NCBI RefSeq assembly: GCF_001447785.1
Contig: NW_015168072.1
Span: forward strand, 241,581 to 305,580
Direction: 5' to 3'
Origin: Gekko japonicus
Lineage: Eukaryota
Length of the DNA stretch: 64,000 nt
Positions 38,351-52,191 of the stretch are shown piece after piece; positions within the stretch are counted from its first letter, which is position 1, and each line of letters begins with the position of its first letter. The position numbers and the translations under genes are program-made. The notes beneath the pieces are model-generated. The model did no database searches, was not told where the DNA came from, and saw nothing but the letters and a program-made list of their open reading frames with translations.

Positions 38351-41300
38351 TCGATCTATCTCCTGGAAACCAGCCGCCGAAGCCAGGTCCTTTCACTGTG
38401 GATTTTGCCCCCTAGGACTGTCTTGTACCCTGCGCAGTCCTCTTTTATCAGTATCACCAAGTTCACTGGGGCTTACTTCCGAGAAACCGTGCACAGGATT
38501 GCAGCCTGAATAGTACCCAGACCAAACAGATTGGCATATGCCAATTTATCTGTTTGTAGAGAACCCTATCGGTTTGACGGTGGTTGCCTCAGTCAGCTTC
38601 GTGGTTGCCTCTTGGAAGAGGAAAATGGGCGAGAATGGTAGATTGTCGCAAACCACGCAGGGAGAGAGACACAGAGGAAATGTATTTGACCTGAAATAGA
38701 GCAGAGCTCGTGATAAAGGTAGCAGGCATAGCTTTAGGATGGCTCCTAGTGATTTATGGCATTTTAAGAATATCTTAAAACATCCAAACGCAGAGTTAAA
38801 TTTATTTCCTTCTGGATTTTAAGGATTTGGGTCAAAACAAACTGATTTTGTCAACTAAATTGAGTATAATTCCACGGGAAAAGATAAGATCTTTCTTTCT
38901 CCTTGTCATTCACGTGGTTTTCTTGGGAATTTACATTCACGAGTAAAGGAAATATACAAATCGCAGATAACACACAAAGCCAGATAGACATTCATTCTTT
39001 TTAGATGACAAGGGATCCTCAGGTCGGCACAGCACAATCCTATGCACCCTGTCTTGAGCGAAAGTGCTAGTGAACCCAGTAAATCGCCCTGTGTATTCCT
39101 GTAAGTTGTTGTTATGATCCCAATCACTGGAAAGGAAAGGACTGGTAAATCACAGGCTCCACCACCCATTTCTGCAAGTAGACCAGACTTTCAAAAACTG
39201 GTTTTCAAGGGGTATTTTCACCTTCAAAAACCAGTGGAGAACACAGAATTCTTTCCTGGAGAGTGCCTGCCATGTTTTCCTCCAGTGAACACAAGAGGAG
39301 GTTGTCCTAACAAAACGATCCGAGCAGAAATGGCAGAAACCAAGGCCTGGCTCGGCCCATTGAAAAATGCAACAGACTGAGCGCTGAAAGCACAAGGCAG
39401 AGAGACTGAATCTCCCGCGCCAGCTCCATTCGAATGGATGGGGGCTGCCCATGAGCTATACCCATTGCCTAGGTACTTGCGCGGGAGAACTTACCACTGA
39501 TTTCAAACTTGGTGAGGCTGGGGGGAGTGTTAGGGAAGGGGGTGGAGAGTGTCTGGCTTATCACGCTCTAACTTTATTCCTCCTTGATCTTCCCCCTCCC
39601 CCCCCTCAACCTTTAAGCGAGGAGTTTCGGCAGAGGGTAACATTTGGGAGACACATGTCCGTTGCAGAAAGCATAAATGGGACCTTGTCTCTGCTGTTGA
39701 GGTTCCCTTCGCTGCTCTCTCCCCCACCCCCACCCCTTCCTATTTCATTCAAACCCTGCTCGGTGATACAGACTGGAGTGTGAACATCATTCGGCTTGTG
39801 GTCCGGGAATGGGGCCGTGGATAGCCAAGGTCCGGATGGGGGAGAGGAGACCTCCTTTAATGCTTTATCGTGAATAGCTGTCTCGTTGTGGGTCCAAAAC
39901 TGGTGCTTGTTTGGAAAGACCTCCATCTCCCCTCCTCGGCCCCCAAATCAAGCGATTCTCTGTCCCCCTCGCTTTCAACGAGAGAATTAAGCACCTGTTT
40001 AAAACGCCTCCTTCGAATTAACTGGAAGGACCTTATAGCGCCTTCCTAAACCTTTCTTCAGTCCACTGAAGCCGATGGGCTTAAGGGGTCGGCCACGATC
40101 CTGTGAGGCGCTTAATTCTGACCGAATGGGATCCTCAAGCTAGAAGGAAACATACTGGCCAACCGCTACAAATGGATGCTCTTCGAGTCCCCACCCCCAC
40201 CCCCCAATCCACACTGCAGACTTTTTCACTTGGATCTCTGCAAGATGAGAGGCACATCGTATTTGGTGGGTTTAGGATGTGCAGACCCTGCGCCAATCAT
40301 GTGTTGGCATCAGTTTGTGGAACACTGCAGAGTGGTCTGATGGGTAAACCCCCACCCCAAGAAAAAGGGTCAATGTATATGTGACACTGTTTTCTCTTTA
40401 TACACACTGGGTAGCCCTTGGAGGAAATGGAAGAAACCCAGTTATTAGGGGGGAAGTTACGACTAGATGCGCAAAGACAAAGGGTGTGAGACAGCAAGAC
40501 ACAACTCTGATTTCCAAGGTGAAAGAGGTCCTTGTCGCTGGAGCACCATTCGCAAGTCCGTCCATCCCATAGCCCTCTATTTGCCCATCTCCTCCCCCTT
40601 CACCTCCTCGCACCTCTCCAGCTATGCTTCTGCCATTTATCTGTCCAGTTAGGGATCTCAATTCCCCTACCCACAATGTTGTATACAGACTAGACTCCTG
40701 GCGTTTCCCTATCATGTTGCTTGACAGGATGACCCCTAACAGCCCTTCTAAACCAAGTCCAATGTCCAAAACTCAGAATTTCACAAGCCTGGTGATGCCT
40801 TTGTTGAGTTGATTCCGTCCCATTCCATTTCCCCTGTAAGCAAAGAGACTCTTGCTTCCAGACCTAACAAGGAGAGACCATTGCTAAACAGAGAGATGGT
40901 CGGTGGCTGTCTTGTGGGGGCACACCGCCCCACCTACCTAAAGAAAAGGGTAATGGAACGGTCTACCCTGAGCTGTCCTAAATCCACTACCTCGTCTCAC
41001 CCCAAGCCAGGCCACCGATTTTTTTAGTACCATTAAGAAACGGAAGTCAAAATAACACCCATTTTCTGTTCGATTGTATTCCTACTGTTCTTTTCTATAA
41101 GGCACTCTTCTTATCGTTTAAAAGATGGTTCCCTATATCTCCACAATCCTTTGGGATGCATACTGTAGGTGACCTGATAGACATTCCTCAGTGGAAAAAA
41201 AGAAAAGACCAAAAGCCCCTTTTATTTTATTGTCTTTCCTTTCTTTTCTTCATTTCTGCTTTCCTTAAGGGTTGAGAAAGACACATTAACAGGAGAGTAA

Positions 41301-42470
41301 AGAGGAGTACAATTCGGAAAGCATAAATAGGGAGGGCTCCTACAGAAAATTTCTTCCCCTTCTTGTGTTCTTATTACAGACATTGCTGAATCCTGGCTGT
41401 ATACAGTGTAAACAGGAAACAGAAACAATCGTCTCATATACTCAACGCTGTACCTTGCATATAACCTTATAGATTCCTTTATACAGTAGATTTTCTATAA
41501 CGAATGATTCCCCGTCACCAAAGGATTCAGAATTCTGATCTTCCTTTCTTATGAAGGTTGCTTCAGACTGTAATCACCTTCCCGTTTTCACGACATCAGA
41601 AACTGGTGAAACAACTCCTGATTCTTGTAGGCGGGGATGGGGTGTCCTTTTGAAAATCTAAAAGATGACCCCTTGTCCTAAACCTAGAAAACCCATTGTT
41701 TGAGATAAGACTTGATTGCATTCAGTATATAGGATAGTTTCTGGGCACCCTCCTTCTAGCAAAGGAATTGTAACATGCTGAATTTGTAGTGGTGGCTGTC
41801 TTCTTATAACATAACTTGCAGTTTTAAGTAATTAAACGGTGCGCCCAAACACACACGATCGTACTGTTCTCTACTCCCCCCCCAAAAAAAAATGATCACA
41901 GAACCACCAAAAAGCTAAAGAGGGTCCGGTACACGCATGGTAATCTTCAACTTCTCCAATTAATCTTGCCAGTCTATCCGCAAAAATTGGGAGTTGGTGT
42001 GTGTGTGTGTTGGAAAGGGGGGGGGAGACAATCTGCTCCAGACCAGGCAATATACACCTCTCTTAAGTAGTACGTTTGTCAGACGACAATAGTTGACTTT
42101 TTGACCACAAAAGGTCATATCCAATGTTCTTTGAAGTCAATGGATAAACTCCCCTTGAACTCGGTTGTCCTCGTGATAACCAGACCGGTCTATTCATTGC
42201 TGGCGCATGTGTGTGTATAAACCATTGTGTGAATGGGCCCCTTTCTCTCACACACACACACTCGCACGCACACTCACACACATACACGCACCACCCTTGT
42301 ATCCATCTTCTTGCCATGCATGAATATTATTTCCTTACTTATAGACACAGTAGCGGTTCTATTGGCCAGCTACAACCATTTACTTAATAAATACGCGATT
42401 ATTTGATGACTGTCTAGCCGGCACTTCCCTACATCTAGAGAGGGCTTAGTTTGAAACAGTTGTCATGCGG

Positions 42471-42471
42471 A

Positions 42472-42546
<75 letters not shown>
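42471..42546. repeat. (AAAG)n microsatellite
   Basis: Directly visible. Confidence 0.95.
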
Positions 42547-42547
<1 letters not shown>

Positions 42548-42660
42548 CCTCCGTGACAGTGTTTTAGGATAACAGTGGCAACTTTAAGACTTAACAGCAT
42601 TTATTCCAGTATGAGCTTTCCTAAAATAACTTCTTGAGATACCACTTTTTTTGAGATACC

Positions 42661-42694
<34 letters not shown>

Positions 42695-43245
42695 GGTTGG
42701 TTTTAGGTTTGGAATAATATTGCAAGGGTTTTTTTTAAGATATACTTTTTGGAGATCACTTACAGTAGGACTTATCTCACTTTGTTTTTTACATGGTGCA
42801 GATTGGAAATGTAGCTTTCAGGGGGGAAGCTGAAGGTTGCTCAGAGGGGTGGAATGAACCTACTATCCAAATCTGGTACCCTAAAAGCACATCTTATAGG
42901 CTATTTGGCAAGTGTGTAGAAAGAGCAAAAGGTGGGTTGTGCCGTATGCTGTCGAACAAAATAGTGACTTCCGGACCGATGCTTAAACTAGCTTTGATTG
43001 TTGAGCTATGGAGGAGACCCAGGCCCATCTTTTGTCAGGGAGTAGCTAGTGTATGAGCTAAAGATCAATCTGCCTTCGAAGGGACCGTAGAAAAGACACA
43101 TGTGTGGCCACACGATCCTCTTCCGAGGGTTTCCCCTACTTCCACCTGCGTCAAAGCGATAAACCAGACTGTAGTACTACTGGAGGGTCTGTGGATTTAG
43201 ATGGTATTATGCTTTCAATTGGATTTCATTAAGATAGGTGGTGGG

Positions 43246-43449
43246 CAGTGTTCCCTCTAAGCTGAGTTAGTGTGAGCTAGCTCACAGTTTTTTAGCTTCC
43301 AGCTCAAACAGTGTTGTCTTAGCTTAGGGAGGACGGTGCCAGCCAACTAATTTATGCCGTAGCCAAATCGCTCACTCACAGCTTCCATGCCAGCAGCTCA
43401 CAAAGCAGAATAGTTGCTCACGACACTCCACAGCTTAGAGGGAACATTG
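43246..43449. mobile_element. Non-autonomous hAT-type MITE, copy B (204 bp), inverted relative to copy A
   Basis: TIRs CAGTGTTCCCTCTAAGCTG / CAGCTTAGAGGGAACATTG; exact 8-bp TSD GTGGTGGG (43238-43245 and 43450-43457). Confidence 0.92.
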
Positions 43450-43659
43450 GTGGTGGGCAGCTATTATCAACCCAGACCCACCCAAAACCACAAAACGAGC
43501 TGCAAGTCTAAATTGAGTAAGGACAGGAGGATCCCACCAAAGTTAAACACTTTTAAAATCTCATTGATTTCAGCGGGGAAGAGATTAATGCATGCACTTC
43601 GCTCTCCCACTAAAATCAACCTGATTTAAACATATTTAACTTGGGCTTTTAGGTGCCCT

Positions 43660-43710
<51 letters not shown>

Positions 43711-44223
43711 CACAAGAGCACAAATCTTTATTACAACGTCCTTTACCAACCAGGTAAATATCATGGCTCAGAAACTACACCCCCCACAAACACAGTTTTC
43801 GATTTGAGTAGTAACTCTAACTCAAAACACCCGTACAAATTGTGCTGTCCTTTGACTCCAGCTACGATTAGATTTAAAAGTATAAGGCTCCTTACGTTTA
43901 CTCTTCTTTTTAAATATTTTGTTTCGTTGTAAAAGTCTCTCTCTCTCTCTCTCTGCACCAGAACCCATAAAGAGAGAGCGAGAGAGAGAGAGGGAAAGAA
44001 AGAGAGGAATTAAAAATCTGTATAAGGATTTTAATTAAGAAAATTAAATGAAGAGGGGGCTCCAATGAGTTGCCTGTTGAGGAGGCGGAGGTGGGGGGCT
44101 GGGAGGAAGCAAGGCGAAGCTATTCGGAACGATTAAATCGCCATTTTAACAGCGTAATGGGGTTTGCATACTGAAAAGGGGGGGAGCGGTCCTTATAGCT
44201 CATCAATAATTCATAGGCGCTCG

Positions 44224-44240
44224 GGATCATTCCCAGGTCA
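44224..44240 (+). promoter_or_regulatory. DR5 retinoic acid response element, DE-RARE-like
   Basis: GGATCA-TTCCC-AGGTCA between Hoxb5 and Hoxb4, preceded by the homeodomain-type site CATCAATAATTCAT; half-sites match the mouse DE-RARE as I recall it. Confidence 0.8.
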
Positions 44241-47043
44241 GCAGACAGAGAGAGGTGGAAAGCCGCATCTAGAGGGGGAAAGGAGCGCTTCTCTCCCCCC
44301 CCCCAACCATCCAAATGCACGGGGCGACCCTTCCTCAAGAAAGAGGGTAGAGTCCCATTCTCAGCTCTGCGTTCGCTTTTGCTGATGTTATTTTTAAAAA
44401 CTCTCCCCTCCGGATTTGCCCCCTTTGTTGTCCTTAACCTTGTCTTATAAATGAATATATTTGACAAAGCGAGGACCACCCAGCGTTGGGCACTGGGCAG
44501 GGTCCCCTCTCGGTCTTCTGCAAATCGCTGTCAATAAACATCGCTTTGCTCTCCCCCACTCCCCTTTCAGGTCTGTAAAATGGGAATAATGGCGACAACC
44601 CGGGAAGAGGAGACAGGTCTTGCACGTGGAAGACGGCGGTCATATTTCGATTGCAAAGGGGTGGGGGCGGGGGACACACGGAGGAACAAAAAACAGAAGT
44701 CCAGTAGCACCAGCTCAGGCTGGATTTTATTTTATTTATTTATTTTGTTAGTCTTTCAGGAGCCACAGGACTTTTGATCATATTTTGGACTAAATATGAA
44801 AAACCACTGTTTCAGGGGGATTTTTTTGTTTGTTTGTTAATGGGGGTCCGTTTTGTCTCAAGATAAAAGGCAACCACCGGCTTCCCAAGGCTGTTTTCAA
44901 CACCCTTTTCTTGAAATCAGAAGGGCTTTAGATCCAGGGAAATGTGCCTAAATCAGGTGTAAATTTCCCACTTCAATTGGTACCTGTTTCTGCTTCTCCT
45001 CCCTCCTCCCCCTTCCCGGTCTCCGTTTTCCCTTTTGTATCATATTGCCTAGGCCCGTCTCTTCAATGGGTACTTTTCTCGAGTACATTGTCCAAAAAAA
45101 GGAGGTGTAGGTGCCAGAGAGGGAGGGGGGGAGGGAGAGAGAGAGTCAGCCTGGCAGAAGGAAAGATCCCCAGAGTGAGCGGAAGGATTTTCTGGGATCT
45201 CAAATGACTGCGTCTGTCGGCTGAGGACGGGAGAGCATAATTTAAACAGGATTATCCGTGTGACAACTTCTCCCTGAACAAAAATAAATAAAGCAAAAGA
45301 CAGAAGTTTGGTGTCTCGGGTTTGAGGGCAACCGATAAGCTCCCACGGACCAAACTTCTGTTACTAGAATAATCGACCAGGAGTGGCATAATCTTATTTC
45401 AGCAGATGACTTTTTTGGCACGTCTGTTGCTGAAGGGGGACTAACCTCACGGAACCAAAAGCACCGGAATCCAGGCGGTTCAGGAGATACACTTTGGCCC
45501 GTCCAAAATCTGCTCTCCCTTCTACAAAAGCTTTCTGTCCTTCCTTCCTTGCTTGTCGTAGAAAAATAAGTAGATATAGGTAGGTTAAGACGTGTCCCAA
45601 AAAGGTTGCATCTCTTGGAAGTAGGTTGTGTTCTGGCTTGTGAATCAACTTGGGAAAGGGAAAGAGAGCGGTAAGTTGAGCAAAGTGGAATTTTCTTCCA
45701 CTGCCCACCAATTAAGACCCGAGACGTTTTGCCTCTGATACCAGCTGACCCAGTTTAATCGGGGATTTGTCAAAACAAGGTTTTCCGGGGCTCTTTGGTG
45801 TGGTTTGGTAAAGGCGAGCCGATTTTACCCCCGCGAAGCACAAATTGAAAACTTCCTGCGATATGAAATTTACAACAGACAATATTGGGGGTGGAAGGAA
45901 AGGCGAGATGGGAGAAGCGGTAAATCTGCACGCTTGTAACAACTCAGTATAACCAGCAGAGCTCGCTTCAGACCTATCCACCGCAGCCAACCGGCGGTTC
46001 TTTCCCAGGCTTTCTGGCAGGGGCTTCTGGTGGAGGTCCGCCCTACCCCACAAAGCTTTGCCCTACTGACCCGCCTGAGAACCCGCCCTGCCTGGGGGGG
46101 GGGAGAGCCCCCTTCGTCTAGCTCCCCAGCCCTGAAAGGAGAATTGGGGCGGGGGCGGGGGGAGAGGTGAAGACAGTTATAGCAGGAGGGAAGGCACGTA
46201 ATAAAGGAGAAAGAATTCTCCCGGGTCGAAAAGTTATTCCGGTCATTCGAGAAATCACCGCTGTATACTAAACCCCAGTTAGANNNNNNNNNNNNNNNNN
46301 NNNNNNNNNNNNNNNNNNNNNNNNNNNNNNNNNNNNNNNNNNNNNNNNNNNNNNNNNNNNNNNNNNNNNNNNNNNNNNNNNNNNNNNNNNNNNNNNNNNN
46401 NNNNNNNNNNNNNNNNNNNNNNNNCTGGGGAGGTGAACGCTTTCCTGGGCGGATTGGATAGCAAGCCATTATAGATTCAAGGGTCAAAAAGGCGAGGGTC
46501 AAAAGTTTAGGCTGTGCGAAACCCGGTCTTGCGTTTGTGCCTGACGGACTGGATGTCAGCGCTAAAGAGGACAGGAGGGAGGGCGGCGGGCGGGCNNNNN
46601 NNNNNNNNNNNNNNNNNNNNNNNNNNNNNNNNNNNNNNNNNNNNNNNNNNNNNNNNNNNNNNNNNNNNNNNNNNNNNNNNNNNNNNNNNNNNNNNNNNNN
46701 NNNNNNNNNNNNNNNNNNNNNNNNNNNNNNNNNNNNNNNNNNNNNNNNNNNNNNNNNNNNNNNNNNNNNNNNNNNNNNNNNNNNNNNNNNNNNNNNNNNN
46801 NNNNNNNNNNNNNNNNNNNNNNNNNNNNNNNNNNNNNNNNNNNNNNNNNNNNNNNNNNNNNNNNNNNNNNNNNNNNNNNNNNNNNNNNNNNNNNNNNNNN
46901 NNNNNNNNNNNNNNNNNNNNNNNNNNNNNNNNNNNNNNNNNNNNNNNNNNNNNNNNNNNNNNNNNNNNNNNNNNNNNNNNNNNNNNNNNNNNNNNNNNNN
47001 NNNNNNNNNNNNNNNNNNNNNNNNNNNNNNNNNNNNNNNNNNN

Positions 47044-47076
<33 letters not shown>

Positions 47077-50000
47077 GTAATAGTAATAATAATAATAATA
47101 ATATTGTTGGCTGATAAAAATCGTGGCATATATATCCATTCGAAATTTATAACTGCTTCTAAAATAATCATATTTTGCTGAGCAAGCCCAACTGTAACGA
47201 AATTAACTATCCCAAATTGGTCCACTTCAAGAGTCTCCACCGAATTAACCCATCCATTAATATACAAGTACCTAAGTCACCGAGAACTGCTCATGCAACT
47301 TCTTGTGTATTGTTTCCTAAACCTTTAATGGCAGAGGAACATTTTCCCCCTTAGGACATGGGACGGTGGGGTCAACCCCCTACCTGTGCCTAATATGGGT
47401 TTTTTTTAATGAATTAAATATTAACATCGACTTTGTTTTCGAAATTTGTATCCAGACTTCCCAAAGCGACTTGTCTTATAGGGGACAAATGACTGTGATG
47501 CCTTTGCTTCCAGCAATCACAGGAGAAACCTGCTGTGTATTGAAAGCAATAATTGGTCGGTTTTGTAAACTTGGATCTTGGATCTTCTGCAGGACTGATG
47601 GCTCTTGAGCTCGTTTACTTTTCAGCCTGTTTTGGATTTGGTGTAATGTTTTACTTCAAACAGAGAATTGTCCCTATCTCTCAATTTGATGAAGGAAATT
47701 TATAAATGTGACCTTTTAATGTTAGCTTTTGTTTGTTTCTGATCTGGCATTTCCTTCGAGATTTCTTGGAAAGGTGCCTTTAGAGAGATTTTGAAATACA
47801 GTTTTTATTAGAACGTGATCGTCTTATCAATACATGACTCAATTATATCGCAGAACAATTTAATATTTGATTGCTTGAGAGACCAATTTTAAAAACACTT
47901 GTTATAAATGGGGGGGGGAGGGTTTTCCTACTAAGGGGTTAGGTAAGTATCCCTCTATCCCCCACACACACACCTTTGCCATGTACATCTTCTGGATTTA
48001 TGTAGGAAAAAAACTCTTCCTCTTTAGATGTATTGCTGCAGAATATGCTTGGGAGGGGGAAGGGGGAATGAACTAAATCGGATTACCGTCAATGGAAAAA
48101 TAATGCCTAGATTACAAATGAAGATGCCCGGGGTTCTTATAGGACTGGAGCAGCTAGAAGACTTTGAATCCATTATTTTTTAATCAGAAACAAAACTAAA
48201 CTAAAGCACTGTGTTCCACACTGGCCTTTTCACTTTATTGGGCTGTAACGGATTAACTGCATGAAAATCACTATCCTCTCCCCGGTGACAACCCTCACAC
48301 CCATAGAAACAGAAGCCATGCTTATTTGCTTTATAAAACACATAGACGCAAAACTTCCTGGTTGAAAGTAAGTCCCCTTTTAACTACCTTCCCAAGGAAG
48401 GGTTTTTAGGATTAAGGATAAACAGTCAAGGACGCCCCCTCCTAAATGGATCACTTATGAGAAAGCGTACTCTTCTCTATCTATATTAATGTTTACGGCA
48501 GTGTTATATGCCAATAAAGGCAAACTGGACTGAACTGGGAAAGCGTTGCCAGAAATATAAATATTCAGAGCTAGGGCTGAAAGGTTGCCTTCTTACACCA
48601 ATCCTTTGGGCAGAAGGGTTGGGATTTGGGAAACCATTGACTGTGGTTTTGGCTGCTCCGCATGGGTCCCACTCCGGATCAAAAAGGTGTGCGGGAGGTG
48701 CGATCCCATCCTTAAAGACACTAAGTCGTTGTATCAACCGGATCCCCTAAACGTCGAGGTGAATCCTACCTATCTAAATCGTTACCAGATAAGCGTTATA
48801 ATTTTCGCACCATGATTTGTTGACGTGCAAGAAAATATTCCTGGAGGCGCAGCGCGCGTGTGTAGAAATTGATAAAGGTTGGGTCTAACGAATGGCAGAG
48901 GCTCTGCTTGGTATTTATAAAATATCACGATAAATGGGCTACCGTTTAGCCATAACTTGGACCATCCATCTCGGAGCTTCTTTAATTACTTCACTTATCT
49001 CTGAAGCGCAGTCTCCAGGTTCCTACAATGCGGAGGGAGGGCATTTAAACGGGATAACATTTGTTTTCGGAAGGTGAACGCCGTTCAGGTGAGAGATTCC
49101 ACGGCGCTCTAGTAGGTGCTCCTAGGAAACCACCCCCAGTATCTAACTTTTTAAAGGTCTAATTTGCAAGCATGCTTCCTCCCTATAGGAAGTGCCCTTA
49201 GACCAGGCAGAAAATTGGGGTGAAAACTGGTGAAGCCAGTGGGTCTCCTTTGTTATCGGGCAACGTTTGAATCTTGTCTCTGGCGAAAAGGGAAAGAAAG
49301 AACGGGGCAGACATTTTCTACCAGGCAGTCAGTGCAATGAGCTATTCACAGCTGTAATTGAATGCAGATTGGCCTCTCGGAGTGACTGCCCACGTTCTCT
49401 ACCTGTGCGGGTGTGGTACCGCGATTCGTCTATGTGTACCTGTAGAATAGGTGGCAAATTCATGACCTACAAGTCCAGAGATATTCCCCGCCCTCTTGGG
49501 AAGCTCAAACATTCAGCATTCCGTTTAGATTCTAGCTTCCAGAGATGCCTGTGAGTTCAATCACACCTCTAAAGTCTTCAAAGTTTCCTTTAAGCAAAGT
49601 TATCTCTGGAGCTGGGGGTGGTGGTACAATAAGATAAAAACTCCCTGAAGTAAACCTCAACTGAATTGTTGCTTAAGAGNNNNNNNNNNNNNNNNNNNNN
49701 NNNNNNNNNNNNNNNNNNNNNNNNNNNNNNNNNNNNNNNNNNNNNNNNNNNNNNNNNNNNNNNNNNNNNNNNNNNNNNNNNNNNNNNNNNNNNNNNNNNN
49801 NNNNNNNNNNNNNNNNNNNNNNNNNNNTGATCTCCAACTTTGTCGGTGCTAGACAGAATCCCCCCCTTATTCCTCTTAATCTGCGGCGCCTACATTTAAG
49901 CAGCGAATTCAGAAGTAGGTTTACTTCCGATGACGGAGGACCAACAAAGAAGCAATAATATGTATCTACCCAAGGCAGACGCAGGAGAGAAACGTATAAA

Positions 50001-50191
50001 GGGCATGAAAAAAAAGTCGTAGGCGCTGGCAAGCGACAGAGGAAAAGATCTGCATTAAAATTCCTTGTCGTGGCATCTTCTCTCCACCCCCCAACCCCCG
50101 CCCCAAAGTAATGACCTGGGTAAAATTCAATATGACCGAGGGAACTATGCAAGCGTATTATAGAAAACGCGAGGGGGAGAGTCCCAGAGTG

Positions 50192-50208
50192 GGGTGAAAC
50201 TCAGGTCA
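50192..50208 (+). promoter_or_regulatory. DR5 retinoic acid response element, B4U-RARE-like
   Basis: GGGTGA-AACTC-AGGTCA 5.3 kb upstream of Hoxb4, followed by TGTTTAACAAAGAC (Fox/Sox-like) and TGACA. Confidence 0.8.
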
Positions 50209-52120
50209 ACGCGTCTAACAAATATTAAAATGTTGGAGGCGCTCGGGACACGCCTAGCTGTTTAACAAAGACTGACAAAGTATGGAGATTAATACGAAAA
50301 CTTGCGAGGATCCGAATGGGAAACCCTCAGTTAGGCCCACGGCTCCCTCCAAGCCGGCAGCCCGCGATCCCGAAGGCCTTTTAAAAACAATTGCTTTTTT
50401 AAAAATATATATATATAAAATAGAAAGAAAGACCAGAGAGTGTTGCAGGGAGTGTTGGGGGGGGGGGGGTCGGTCTATGCCGTGGAGGAAGGGAGGCTGC
50501 GACAGAAGGATCCAGTTTTCCGGTCAGTATTATGTTTTGCTTTTGCTTTTTTTGGGGAGGTTGGGGGTGGGCGGGTTGTAGCAGGAGTGCCCTAGCAAAT
50601 CGGCCACCTCGTTGGAGAAGGGGGTTTATTGATAACTGGGCACAGAGTGTGGAACGGGTTGGTTTTAGAACGTCGGCCTTGTGGGGAGGGCGAAGAGAGA
50701 AGGGCAACGGGGGTGGGAGGGAGACGTGGGGCTGTTTAACAACAACAAGAAGAACAAGAGGACTCTTTCNNNNNNNNNNNNNNNNNNNNNNNNNNNNNNN
50801 NNNNNNNNNNNNNNNNNNNNNNNNNNNNNNNNNNNNNNNNNNNNNNNNNNNNNNNNNNNNNNNNNNNNNNNNNNNTACCCACCGTGAACTTCTCTGGCGC
50901 GGGTGTCCGTTCAATTGAACAGGCAGTGGCCCGTGGGTTGCGCTGGAAAAGATCTTGACCGTTCCCTGCTCCGAGGCGCTTTAAAAAATAGTCTCGAGAG
51001 CAGAGCTGGCAGGTGCTTTCTCCTTTGGGTGTGCGAGAGACCGAGNNNNNNNNNNNNNNNNNNNNNGGAGGACAAGTACTTTCAAGTTTGTCCTCGTCCC
51101 CCCCCCGAAACATGTGCCCCCGTGGTTGGCGACGTCCTCTGCCCGACCCCTGCCCTGCCCATCTCGCCGCTCTTGACTGTACTTTGCAACCCGGGTCCAT
51201 CTGCTCCGAGGCTCGGTGGCTTTTGGGCCCCGGCTTCCTGGCCGGTCTCTTTGAAATGCAGAGGACGCCGGGGCGAAATCTGTCTTTCCGAAACTTTCGG
51301 AAAAGTGGAGACGTTTTTATTACTGCCGTCGAAAGTGCCAAAAAAGAAAAAAGAGAGGGAAACTGGGTGGTTTGAAGGATGGGGGGGGGAGAGACAGAGA
51401 GACAGAGAGAGAGACAGAGAGAGAGACCCATATTTAAGACCAACAATGTTTTATTCAGGGTGAAGAAAGGGCTGTAAACTCTAGCTGTCTGTCAGTGGGT
51501 TATAGAGACACATTGCTGTTAGACGCTAGGGGTGCTGGTGACGCCGAGATGAACACCCACACCGGCACACACCGCCCTCTTTGCAGAAGGCGTGTAAGGA
51601 AAGTGGAGGTGGCCCTTGAAAAATCAGACACGAATAGAAGAAGCCAGACCTATTCGCTACCCCTTTTAACCTATGCTGGACGAGACAGAGATATATCAAG
51701 GGGAAAAAATAAATATGGAAGAGATCCAGGTCAGGAGATGTTTTAAAGAAGTGTAGCCTTCTTTAAAGCCAGTTTACCTTCGAGCTCCCTAGAGGCCCCC
51801 GCAGGGAGACCGCTGTCCTGTTACCTTCGCTTGTTTGATCCCACCCCTAAGCTTTACTCACTTGGAAGTCATTTCTATTGAGACCATTTCTTCTGAGCCA
51901 AACAGGAATCTGGCGGCCCCTTAAGGATCTTTATTCGGGCATAAAATGTGCTGAGTCAGAGCTCACCTGAGTCATGGCTAGAGATCAACACGGCAGTTCT
52001 AAGCAGAGTTGGACCAGGCTGAGAGTTATTGAATCCAACGGGCTGAGAAGGATGTGAACTGGGCTTAACTATCGGGGTTAGTGATGCTTCAGGAACAAGC
52101 CGCTTTTAAAAGTGTGCGTG

Positions 52121-52191
52121 CACGGGAAAGCTCATACCATGAATACAACTTTGTGGGTCTTAAAGGTGCCACTGGACTCAAACTTTGTTCT
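52121..52191. mobile_element. Penelope-like terminal fragment
   Basis: GAAAGCTCATAC...GTCTTAAAGGTGCCACTGGACTC, homologous to the right arm of the 38147 element. Confidence 0.6.

Noticed and set aside
46481-46501. GGGTCA-N9-GGGTCA direct repeat
   Set aside because: Non-canonical spacing and squeezed between two assembly gaps, so the context cannot be judged.
45870-47267. 465-aa and other long ORFs containing X runs
   Set aside because: Artefacts of N gaps and (AAT)n repeats.
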